DNA of 64,000 nucleotides, taken from positions 2,046,001 through 2,110,000 of the forward strand of contig CM052817.1 of assembly GCA_028534125.1 (NCBI GenBank). Reading direction: 5' to 3'. The stretch is from Lama glama. Its lineage: Eukaryota. The notes under the pieces are model-generated. The model was not told where the DNA came from and ran no database searches. It saw only the letters and a program-made list of their open reading frames with translations. The first letter of the stretch is position 1. The number at the start of each line of letters is the position of its first letter. Of this stretch, positions 1 to 12,100 are shown in pieces. The position numbers were made by a program, and so were the translations under genes.

Positions 1-134
1 CCCAGCTGTACCAAGAGTGCATCCTGGCCGAGGTGGAGGGCCGCTCACTGCCTGACGCACAGCAGGTCCCCAGCAGCCCTGCCTCCAAGCACAGCGTCAG
101 CTCAGACCACTCAAACGTGTCCACGCCAAAGAAG
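1..134 (+). CDS. RGS12: RGS12 exon (partial), end of RGS domain, [44 protein letters not shown]
   Basis: Frame from nt 3; donor AAG|gtgccc at 134/135. Confidence 0.93.
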
Positions 135-3100
135 GTGCCCCGCTCCGTCGCGCTGGTCTCACCCGATGAGGGCTGTTCTGGGGAAGGGACAGCAGACGCC
201 ATGCTGGTTTATCCCTTAACTCACGGGGAGTGACGGACCTCTTGGGCTTGGACCTTCAGATGCATCTTGTCTGAGGCTGCAGTCTGGGTGGGAGGCTCCA
301 GCTGCTGTCTTGGGGAGGCTGTTGGGGCTGCATCTCTGGCCTCGAAGGCCTGACCCCTCCCGCGGAGAACGGGCCTAGGCAGCCCCCTCCGGCCTCGGCC
401 TCCCTTCTCATCCAGGGTGGTGGTAAATTAACCGTGTTTTCCGTTTGATGGCAGCTGAGTGGAAAATCAAAATCAGGACGCTCCCTGAATGAGGAGCTGG
501 GGGACGAGGACAGTGAGAAGAAGCGGAAAGGCGCGTTTTTCTCTTGGTCCAGGACCAGGAGCACTGGGCGCTCCCAGAAGAAGAAGGACCACGGCGACCG
601 TCCAAACGGTTGGTGGTTTGTGGTGCACAGGCGGGGTCGGGGCGAGGCTGTCGCGGGGACGAGTGAGGGGGTGTGGGCCGTGCCCCCAGGGCAGCTCGTG
701 CCTCTTCGGTGGCCTGTGGGGCAGGACGGCCGGGAAGCAGGGCGCGGTGCATCCCAGCCCCAGGCCTGGGCCCCCAGTGGCAGCCGCTCTCCCCTACTCC
801 TGCTCCAGCAGTAATAGGCGCTCTGGGCAGAAAATCTGGAAAACACAACCAGGTAAAAAGAAGAAAATGCAGAGTCCTGCCGTCTGTCCACCCAGACAGC
901 TTCTTGCCTGCCGAAGTCTTTGGGGTTTTTGCTTGTTTTTCTGCCACGTGCAGGGGTGCACGAGCCTTTGTAAGTTTGTAAAGACAATGTGACATGTAGT
1001 TTGAGCGTCGAGTGTCCCCAAATCACATTCTTTACTGTGAGTCTGGAGGTGGCTGTGCTGGAGGTCTCCTCCCTTGGTGTCCTTCGTGTGTGTGGCCGAG
1101 AAGGCGGTGCGAGGCGCGGGCTCAGCCCCAGCCCGGGGAGGGGCCTCGGGGGCCCTTTGCTGGTTGCAGACGCTGGCTGGGCTGGCGCAGGGAAGGGGTG
1201 GGCAGAGAAAGATGACGGTGCTCACCGCAGGCGTGGGAAGCCTAAGTGGGGGGCAGCAACTGGAAAGAGTTTTTTCCCTAGAGATTCAAGAGGGTGATTA
1301 TTTTCCAAGGATTAACCTGCAGTCTTCTGGCCTGGGCCGCCAGGTTTAAACTGGGCGGTTTATTGAGGGGTCTCGGACAGGAGGCCTGAGGAGGAGGTGG
1401 GAGGCGGCGGTTTGTAGAGTTTATATCTCCTCTCCCCCTGGGAGCAGACTGCACGGTAGGGCTCGTGCCCATCTTACAGAAGGCGGCTCAGGGCTGGGGG
1501 CTTGGTGCCGGTGCCCTCCCGTTCCGGGGTCATGCTGTGGGCGGTCAGAGCAGGTGTTCTTCCACAGGGAAGGCAGGCAGGACTGGGGGACGGGAGCGGG
1601 GCATAGGGACCAGGGACCCCCCCCCCGAGGACCAGAGACAGGGGAGCAACTGCCTCTTTATGTCTGTGCCCCTGAGCAGGAGGCTGGGGTCCCCATACCT
1701 AGCAGATCTTTAGAGACTGTCTGGAAAGGGCTTTAAATCCTGACTCCAGGGCACTCCCCAGGAGTTCTGACATGGTCGCCTGGCTGTCTGTTGCTTTTGA
1801 AAGATGGGCTGGTAGTTTGGAGGGTCAGTGGGACCTGGGAGCTGCCGTCTAATCAGGCCCCCCTGCGTGGCCCCCAGGCCCCCTGCACAGCAGCGTGACT
1901 GGCGGTGGGCCCTGCTGGAGCAGAGTCGTCGTGATGTTGGGATTGCAATGGGAACACTTGGTGACAAGGGATGTGGTAACTGTGGGCTCACTTTGCACTC
2001 GTGGGAGATGGGAAATGAGCTGCAGATAGCGGTGCTGTGGCCGCTGTCCTGTTTACTGCCCTCCTCTTGGGCCCAGAAGCCGTGTGCTGAGATAACAATT
2101 CCAGATGAAGTGAAGCGCAGGGCGGCCCTGCACCAGAGCGCCCACTCGTGTTCTGAGCTGCCGCGGCTGTGGGCCGAGTGGACAGCAGGTCTGGGCGGCG
2201 CTCCCGGCCCCCTGGCTCCAGCTGTGGGCCAAGCGGTGGGTCTGGGAGGTGAGGCCGTGCAGGGGCCTTTCCAAGCCTGGCTTCTGTCCTCTGTGTAAGT
2301 GTGCTCAGTCTGATGGGGTGGGAGTTGGGAGCAGTGACCACATGCGTGGGTTTTTGTGTTAAGTGAGCACAGGTGAAGTGGGTGCTGTTCGCCCTTCTGA
2401 GCGACCCTTTCCCCTTCTAGACCCCCTGCACGCCAATGGAGGCCTGGGCCGCAGGGAGTCGCAGGGCTCCGTGTCCTCTGCCGGGAGCCTGGACCTGGTG
2501 AGTCCCTGAGGCCACAGCTGATTCACTGGGCCCGCCAGCCTCTGGGCACGAGAGTCATGTCCCTCAGGAATGTGGGGTCTGGGGCTCCACCCAGGCTCTT
2601 CCCCACTGGGGTTCGTGGGATCTGAGAGGAGCCATTTGATAGATGGGGAGGGGTGCCCCCTGAGTCCTAAAAATACTTCTGGGCCTATTTTTGAGATCTT
2701 TTGTTCTCATTCAGTCGCTGTCTCTTTGGACGCCCACCAGGAGCCAGCAGGTGCTCCGTCTTTGTCTCAGCATTTGAACACCCGTCAGCTCGATGCCCCA
2801 GGGTCTGCTTCTGCGAGTCCTCCCCCAGCCTGGCCCCTGCCTGTGGGGGAGCCCAGATCCTGGCCTGCCCCGTGCCCTCTCCTCACACCCTTCTAAACTG
2901 CTCGTCTGGTCCCAATGTCTAACGAGGTGGAGGAAGTGGGGAGACGTTGGGCTGACCGGCTAGCTGGTTAGCTGTTGTCTGATACCAATTTTGGAAAACC
3001 TTACTGCCGCCAGCATCCTGGTCATTGGAAATTGCCAAGCAGTATTTAATGTAGAATATTATTTCCCCAAATAACAGTTAAGGCTGGACGAGCTTACCAT

Positions 3101-6100
3101 GTGTCAGTTAGCTACTGCTGCCTAACAAACTACCCCAAAGCTCAGCAGCTAAAAACAAAGAACATTTATGACTGTACTTGCGTCTGTGGAAAGAGGAGAT
3201 TTGGGGCCATTTTGCAGTCAATCTACCACCACAGACTAGTTTTCCAAAGTACCATTTGGGTGAAAGATTTTCAGACCATCGGAAGTGACAGCCAGGGCAA
3301 GCTGTATGTCAGCAGGATGTGGCAGGGAGCTATTTCTAGCGGGGAAACTTGAGACCCAGAGGAGGCATCGGGAGAGACCAAAAGGTTTGCACAGGGAGTG
3401 CAGCTGCGGGCTGGCCCCTCGGTCCAGCTCCTGCCCACCTGGAGCCCTGCCTGGGGTGAGGCTGGGGAGGTGCCTTAGGAGCTGTCCTCCAGCCCCTGAC
3501 TCAGTCCACCAGCAATGCAGAAAGTCAGGTTGCAGGTGCTGCCGTCTGGCAAGGCTTGGTCCCTGGTGCTCCCGAACAGCTGTCTCTCCCGCCCCATCTG
3601 CTCCCCATCCTGCAGGTGTGTTCCTGCCTCTGAGCCTCTGAGGGCCGCATCTCCCCTCTCCCAGCCCCTCCCTCAGGCTGACCATCCTTCTTGGGAAGGC
3701 CTCCAGTCCCAAAAGGTCAGACAGAAGGATCCAGAAAGATGACCAGAAGCAGCAGAGGGTGGGCCTCAGGCCCTCAGGGTGCGGTCCAGCCTGCCTCCTG
3801 GGTCCCTGGCCCTGCAGACTGAGAGGTGGGCAGAGGCAGCCCACGGTGACCGTGCGGCCTCAGTGGGCTCCACAGGGTGACTCCACGTGCTTGTGCGTCA
3901 GGGAGGCCGAGACCAGACCCGAGAACAGCAGTGTGAGGGGCTCTCCCTGTTCTGAGTAGGGAAGCTAGTTAAGTGCAGCCCTTAGTGTTTAGACCAAGAG
4001 ACTGGAGAGTAAAACTGTAAATATGGTGCCTGGAGTTGAGAGAGAGAGAGAGAGAGAGAATTGCTGTCTCTGGTGTTAACCCAGAAGCTCCACAGGATTC
4101 TGAATTCTCAGAGCCGGGTGTGGGTGTGGACTGGGAGGCACACGGGGGGCCTCCCCAGGTGTCTGGAAGCTACCATAGCCTCCCCGGGCGCCTTGGCACT
4201 TCGTTTCTTCTGACCCTGCACCCGCCACCTCTCTCCCTGCCCCCCAGCCAGAGGCCTGCAGGACCCTGGGGCCCGAGAGGGACAAGGCCACCAAGCACTG
4301 CAGCATCCAGCTGCCCGATGGGACGTCTTGCATGGTGCCCGTCAGGGAAGGGCTCTCCATCAAAGAGGTCCTGTCCGGGCTCTGCGAGCGACAGGGAATC
4401 AACGGGGCCGCCGTGGACCTCTTCCTGGTGGGCGGGGACAAGGTAAGGCTGTGTAGACCTGGGCCTCTCCTGCCCAGGGTCCTGCCCGTGGGAGAGCCTG
4501 CCGATGGGATGGGAGGACCGGCTAGTCTGTTTGTTTTAGTAAATCTGCTGGGCCGGACTCTGCGCTCCTTCTCTGAGCAGTGCGCCTGCTGGAGGCCATC
4601 TGGGGGGTGGGGGGGTGGGTCGGGCTGTGCGGGGCCCTCTGTGGACGAGCAGTGGACGGCTGGGAGCCTTCTCTCGCCCTGGGCCGGTAGGGCTGTTCCG
4701 TGCAGCTATCTGCGCTGCACGCTGTGGGTGCGGGGGGCACCCTGGCTCCCCTGATGTCCCTCTCTGTTCCTTCACATGTCCCAAAGCCTCTGGTGCTGCA
4801 TCAGGACAGCAGTATCTTGGAGTCCAGGGACCTGCGCCTAGAAAAACGCACTTTATTTCGGTAAGAAAAAATGCAACTGTCATTTCTGTGAGGTTTCCAG
4901 AGCCACACGGCTGCTTCTGGTGACCCCTCCACAGGCCTCTGCTCTGCTGGGAGGGGCTGCTGGCGCCCTCGTCCTGAGCTTGGTAGGAGGCAGCCGCTCA
5001 CAGCCCGGGGGCCAGAGGCGCACTCTCCCTGCCCGTGTATGACCAGGGTGGCGGGCAGGCTGGATGCGGAGCTCGGGCCGTCCCGTGGGGAGGGGCCTGC
5101 TCTTGGCCTGTGTGGCCGCCCCAGCTCAGCCCCACCAGGCCTTGGAGAAAACCCTGCAGGCTCTCTTCTCGTGCAGAACCTGGGGACGACTCGGGGACCC
5201 CAGGGGTGCCACGCAGCTCTGCTCTCAAGACGTAATGTCCACGAGACAGTTGTCGTAGGTCCATAGCAGATGTGCCCGTTTCTCCCCTCCCACCAGGCTG
5301 GATCTGGTGCCGATTAACCGGTCCGTGGGACTCAAGGCCAAGCCCAGCAAGCCCGTCACGGAGGTGCTGAGGCCCGTGGCAGCCAAGTACGGTCTGCGCC
5401 TGAGCGAGCTGGTGGCCCGGCTGGTGAGTGACGCAAGGCCCGCCGTGCTGCAGCTGCAGCTCAGTGCTGCCTGCGGGGACCCAGTGTGCGCCCAGCTGTC
5501 CACGAAGTGCGCTGTGACCAGTGGGACCAAGGACACACCGGGGCCTGTCAGCAGCCCTCCTTCTGGCAGGCCGGGCGGGAGGCGGCCCCGTGGCCCTCTG
5601 CTCCCATGCCCTTCGGTGGAGACGCTTGTTGTTTTTTCATGCCTTGGTGGTTCCTACTGGGGTTTGGGTTGATACCTGAGATTTGGGGCTTTTGGCCCAG
5701 GGAAACAAGGAGGAGAAACAAATACATGAAAACTCTCCAGCCTCTCAGCATTTGCAAATCTGAGCCGATGGCGGAGCGCGGTGACGCCTGCCCCACCTGC
5801 CCAACCCGCTGTCGGGCCCCCGCTGGGGTCTGTCCCGCTTCCAGCCTCCACGCTGCAGAGCTAGTGCTCTCCAGCGTTGCCACGCCAGGCCCCCGGGTTA
5901 CTCGGTGAATGAGTTCATAGGGGACAAGACCAGAGTCTCTGTCCCTGCAACCAGAGGGGGTCCGTAGGGAGATGCCTAGAGCCAGCAGGCTCGGAGAGCT
6001 GGGCCCCGTGTCTGCTGGTCCCTGCTGGGTCCCGGCACGTGCTACACATTTGCTGTGAAACGTGGTGATTTATGACACACTTGCCTGTGTTCTTTCTTTA

Positions 6101-9100
6101 GAAAATATTCTTTATCAGAGCTATGATTTCAAGTAGTTTTAGGATTTTAGTTTTCTCTGAAATGGGCTCCAAAATTGTTCATGAGCTTTGACGTGAGTGA
6201 GAGGACTGTGCTCAGCTGTTTTCGGACACCCCGAGAGTGACGTGAAGCCCCCTCCCAGCTCATTGGGGCTGGGGGTAGGGGTGCCATCCTAGAGTCCAGA
6301 GTGTCCCGGACAGAGAGGGACACATTCCCTACTCTGATCATGTCAGATCGCAAGTGATCCCCCAACCCCCGGGGCCTGTTTCCCTAACTGAAAAGGGGGA
6401 CGGGTCATAGACACGTGCTCTGTGGTCATGTAGGAGTGTCCAGTCCTGAAGGCTGGCTGGTGAAGCCTGATCCGGAAGAGCAGTCCAGCCACCTGGGGGC
6501 TTGGGGCTGGGGAACTGGCGAGGGCGGTGTGGAGGGTCCTTGAGGTTGGGCTGTGAGGACGTGGCTCTCCTTGGACACACCTGCTGACCCTCTTCAGTGA
6601 ACTGTGACCTCCCGAGGCCAGGAAGTCTGAGCAGGCAGTACCCTGCCAGCCTTGGTCTGGTCCTCACTCAGCCAGAGCCCCCACTGGGCATTTGGTCACC
6701 GTATAGTTCTGACTTACAGGGAATTTTGGAGCCAAACCACAAGTTCAGATGCTTTTTTCAACATAGGCTGTGGACCTTGAATAGTAAGAGAGCCTCCCCA
6801 GGAGAGGAGGGCAGGACCCCTGGCCTCGGGCCCACCTGCTTCCCACCCACAGGGAGGCACCTGCCCCCGCACTCGCCTCCTGGCATGTTGAAGGCCACGG
6901 AGGGCTTCAGGGCCACCGCATCCAGGTGGGGAGTCGTGCTGAGACTTGGGCCACCTTCGCTGACCACCCCAGGCTTGTGGACGCAGGTGTTTGTAGCATC
7001 TGCTGCATGTCTTTCACCCCTGGACCTTCGACGTGGCCGAGTGCAGCCAGTGGCCGTCACTTGAGTGGCAGTCTGGTCCCCGTGGGTTTCTAGGGCCAGC
7101 ATTCCAGGCAGGCCAGCCAGCGCTGGTTGTTCCATGTCAGGAGTCTGCAGCCAGCCCTGCTGAGGTGACAGGACTTGGGGTCACCTGGTGTGTGATTCCA
7201 TTAAGTCTGGGGAGGTCTTGCTGTCAGCAGATGGACCACATACGGTTGTTCTGGAAAGTTCCAGCTGGGTGGTTACTCATTGTACCTTCTCTGCCTCTAG
7301 AACGGAGAGAAGGAGCCCCTGGACCTGGGAGCCCCCATCTCAAGTCTGGACGGACAGCGGGTCATCTTGGAGGAGAAGGACCCCTCCCGAGGGAAAGGTG
7401 AGCAGGGTCATGCTGCCGGGCCCCTGGACTCTGCCTCCCGGGAAGCGCCCGCTCCTGCCCTGAGCTCCCAGAGCGACAGCCCAGGCGGTGCCACTGGGGT
7501 TTAGCATCTCTCGGGCCTGGCGACCCCCTGCCAGGGCCGAGCTCAACCCTAGGGGCCTAGACGAGTCCAGGCCCTGACTTTGGGCAGGAGGCACTGGGAC
7601 CGGGAGTGCGAGGGCCTCGTGCTGGGGCCTCCTGAGGGTGTCTTCTCAACCGTAAGGAGGGGCGACAGGCCCTGCGGAACCCCCGGGGCTGCTCCTTGAT
7701 TCCAGCGTGCCTGGTTCCTGGGAGGCCTCATCATCCCTCTGCTCCAGGGACAGGGGACCCCAGGGCAGTGCTGCCCGGCCTCGGCCCAGCAGTAGCTGAG
7801 GTGGGAGCCTGGGTGGTGATGGAGGTCCCATTGTGCCTTGTGTGTGGAATCGGGTGGTGTCCAGAGCCCTTTCCCGCACGCTGCCTCAGCCATGACAGCG
7901 CTGCCCCGGGGACATGGCGGTCCCTACAGCCCAGAGCCTGGCCTTGGGGCAGCAGCCTGGCAGCTGGGGCTCAGTCAGGCCCTGCAGCCTCGGGACCTGC
8001 ACCTCTGGGAGCGCTCAGCCTCTCCCAGGTGGAGGGTGGCGGGGGCGTGTCTCCTGGAGAGAGCTTTCTGGAGCTTGCTGAGTGAGGCGAGGAGGTGGCC
8101 GTGTCAGGGCTGCTGGGGGCCACGTGGAGCTGCCCCCTCCCTTTCCCAGGCTTTGGCCGAGCGAGCTGGCTCAGCCCTGAAATGGGGCACCAGTCAGTCA
8201 CCTGCCTCCATCCCTGCTGGTGACCCAGACCGTGGTGGTCCCTCTGCCCTCGGGGCTCCAGTGCCTGCTGCTCCTGCCCCTCTGGGCCCATCTGGGTTCT
8301 GGAGAAGGCCGTGCGCTCTCCCCCAGGCCTGGTAGCCACCACAGAGGGTGAGCGGCCCGCACAGGGCGCAGGCGCTCAGTGCCTCCCTCGGGCCCGACGC
8401 GGCCGGACCTCCTGGCCTGTTTGCGCGCAGGTGAGTCTGACGGCGCAGCTGCCGGCCCGCGCAGGCAGCGACTGTGACGCCGCTCGCAGGCAGGAGTGCT
8501 GTGATTCCGCCAGGCCTCTCTGGGCCAGAGAGGCGTCTTTGGACCGTGAGGGCCACTGGGGCCGGCCTGCGGCCCCGACTCGGGGCAATGGCTATATCTG
8601 AAAATACTTAGTGTGAAACTCGTCTGCTTTCTAAAGACATTCGAGCCAAACAGTATCCGAATGAGCTTTCATTCACCTCATGACCACAAAGGCCCAGTAA
8701 ACCTGCAAACCGCGAGCCCTCTCCACGTCACCCTCGCTCCGCTCCTGCCAGACGCGGCAGGCGGACGAGGGCGGTCCTCTGTCCCCGGGCCCCGCGTCCA
8801 TGTAGATAAGGGGCCACTATCTCACACCTTTGGCTTCTGTCCCGCTTTCCTCTTAAAGACATAGACACCTGATTATGTTCAGTGCTGAGGTGGACTTGCG
8901 CTCACTGCAGTTAGAAAGCTTATCTCACTGTGTTCAGTGTCCACAGATAAACAGAAAAGTGTGCCAGTCAAACAGAGCACATCTGCCAGCACCAGTTCCA
9001 GAAGCCAGTCGGCTACGGTAACTGCCCTCTGCCCGCCCCCCCCCGCCCCTCCCCTGCGACGCGACGCTCCGGGCGGGTGGCCCGCCAGCCCCGCCAGCCC

Positions 9101-12100
9101 GCGGCCCCAGTGGCCCTCTGCGCCTCGGGTCGGGCTGGGCTCGCATCCAGGGCGGTGGGCCAGGTGGGGCTCTTCTCGTGGTCCCTTCGTGCCGCCTCCG
9201 CCCACTGGCCTGGGGGGTGCGGGGTGGGGGGTGCCTGACGTGCTGTTCTTTTTTAACCGTCATCGTTGTGGTTGACTTCTCTGCAACACATTTTAAGTCC
9301 AAATCAATGCAATCTACGTTTCAAAGCCCTTTGTTATATCACTGATGAACTGTGTGTTGTCATGNNNNNNNNNNNNNNNNNNNNNNNNNNNNNNNNNNNN
9401 NNNNNNNNNNNNNNNNNNNNNNNNNNNNNNNNNNNNNNNNNNNNNNNNNNNNNNNNNNNNNNNNNNNNNNNNNNNNNNNNNNNNNNNNNNNNNNNNNNNN
9501 NNNNNNNNNNNNNNNNNNNNNNNNNNNNNNNNNNNNNNNNNNNNNNNNNNNNNNNNNNNNNNNNNNNNNNNNNNNNAAAACTTCCACGTTTTTAGTGAAT
9601 GCAATGTCAGGTTTCCATGTGATCGTTGGAACTTGCCCTGTGTTACTGACATCAGGGTGGCTGTGATCCCTGTCACACTGAGAATTTGTCCCCCGTCAGT
9701 CTTCAGCTGTCAGTGTGACTTTACAAGGACTCCAGTTTCAGGCTGAGAGCCAGGCCCCTTAGGAGTCAGGAGTCCCGTGTGGGTCCTCTGTCTGTCTCCT
9801 CCCCACAGCCAGGTCCTTGGCTCAGAGGGAGGCTCAGGGATCAGGGTCCTTGTCACTGAGGGTCCTCACCAGAAGGTGGCAGGCAGGAGGGCCCAGGGTT
9901 GGCTGTCCTCTGCTGGCCAGAGGCCCAGGGGAAAGGCTGTGTTAGCCTGTGGGGCTGGCCACCTGCGCTTCTTCCTTGCCCGCAGGGGAGGAAGGATGCA
10001 CCAGGAGACGGAGAGGGAGGGTGCTGGAAACTTCCTTTGCTTCCGAAAGCTTATAACAAAGACAAGCTTGAGAACTGACTTGAAACTGAGCTGTTCCCGT
10101 GACCTGAGCTTTGACCCAGGGAGCACATCCTGGTCTGCTGGGCTGTCACGGTTCCCTGTGACGGCCAACATCAGGCGGGAGTAACACACACAGCTGTCTG
10201 CAGTTGGCGCCTTTCTGAAAGCCAGCGAGATTTGAGATTTTTAAACTCCTTGTTCAGAAACTAAGATTGTCATTAAAGACTAGAAAAAAGTCAGTGTAGC
10301 CACCATCGACTTTGCACGGTGAACTTGAGTTACGACTGGGAATCCGCCCAGGTGGGAAAAAGAAGAGCTCTGGAAGCCAGCAAAGCAGGAGCTACAGAGC
10401 AGGCCACCCGAGGCCGCCCGGGAGGGGCCCGGGGCCATGGGGCCCCCAGTGTGGACAGAGGGGTCCGGCCTTCAGGGCTGGACGCCAGTCTCAGGCCCCA
10501 TCTGGACCACCCTATTCTGAAGGGTGGTGACCCCCAGAGGCCCCCGGGTCGTGGTGACACAACCCGGGCATCCTTCACATTGGCCAAGGCTGGTTCACCA
10601 GCTCCGGGCTCCAGGCTGGGGCACGTCCTGGGTCTTTCAGGCCGTAGTGTCTGGCCAGTGGCGTCTGTAATCCTCAGAAGAGAGCCAGGAATCATGTGGC
10701 ACCAGAGATGTGCTGCGGAAACCCGTCGGCGCAGGGTTGGTCCAGTTGGGCCGGGTTCTCAGTCTGGGCTTCAGGCAGCTTGACTTCAGGAAGGAGCAGA
10801 GAGAGTGTCCCTGCAGCTCTGCAGGTACAGACAGGAGTGAGGAGGCCTGGGCAGCGGGACTGAGCTTTCCAGACGTGCATTTGGCTGCATGTGTCAGACG
10901 GTAGACTCTCTAAAACTTAGTCAATGTGGGTTTTCTTCCGTAGAGTTTTTTGAGCTCATTTCCAAAGCTCAGAGCAACAGAGCAGACGACCAGCGCGGGC
11001 TGCTGAGGAAGGAGGACCTGGTGCTGCCTGAGTTCCTGCGTCTGCCCCCCAGCCCTACGGAGCTCACCCCATCCTTGGCCTCCGCCAAGGCCTTCGGCCA
11101 GAGACCCATAACAGGCCACGGCAAGGAGAGGGCTCCCGGGCCCCAGGAGCCACAGGGGCCTGCCTGGGACTGCCGAGAAAGCCCAGCCACCAGCCCTGGC
11201 TCTGCGGACAGCGCGCCCTTCTGTGCCCCCGGGACCCCCAGCCCCCCGGTGCAGGAAGCAGAGGCCGGGGACGTCCAGACCGTGGAGGGCGAGCATGTGG
11301 CTGACCTGACGCTCACGGGGGAGGGAGACATCAACAGCCCCAACAGCACCTTCCTGCCGCCACCCCCTGCCCCGCGGAACTTGGCGGGGCCTGCGAGACC
11401 AGGTACCTCCCAGTGTGACACCCCTGCCCCCCTGTGACTCTGCTGCTCCCTGCCCGCCTGGTGTCGCCCACCCCGTGTTGTCCACCTTGTGTTGTTCACC
11501 CAGTTTCCAATAAAAAAGAAACAGCTGTGGTAGGTTAGCCCTTGGCCCCATAAGCTCTCGGGAGGCTTCACGTGGCCTCTTTCCCGGTTACTGTTTGTCG
11601 TGGCTGCATCTGCCTTTTCTGAAGGGACTCGGCAGCTGCTGAGGTTCGAGAGTGGGCGGGGTGGGTGCTGAGGGGCCCGGAGGGGGTGTCCCACCATGGA
11701 GCGGGGCTCGAGGCGGTGCCCACACCGGGCACAGTGGCACTGTCTCTGCTGCCTCCTCCTCAGTCCTGGGTCCGGGAACACCACCAAGCAAGGCCCTGGG
11801 GATTTCTGAAAATGTATGTGTTACTTTAAAATTTCTGATAGCTAGCACTTTCAGTATTTTGATCTCAAGACTGAGAAAAGTGTTTGGAGCAAGTGCATGA
11901 AGCCCCATGTGAATGACAACGGGAGGACTGGCCTACAGTCCGTACACAGGGAGGGCTGGCCACCCTCCGCCTGCTGGTCAGACAGCATGCGTGCCCAGGC
12001 ACCGGGGCCCCATGGGGTTCCCTGACCCGGCCAGTCACAGGTGTCCCTCCAGGTGGAAGCATGAACTTAGCATGAGAAGGCAGGCAGCACGGCTGGCGGC

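Noticed and set aside
8637-8652. Possible 16-nt microexon (ctaaag|ACA...ACA|gtatcc) that would restore frame with 8327-8430, or a U12-type donor
   Set aside because: ACA|gtatcc is a poor U2 donor, GTATCCGA departs from the U12 GTATCCTT consensus, and no U12 branch site was seen.
9266-9746. ORFs spanning the N run
   Set aside because: Artefacts of translating N.
9017-10944. RGS12 frameshift or pseudogenisation
   Set aside because: The phase mismatch is explained by an exon hidden in the assembly gap.
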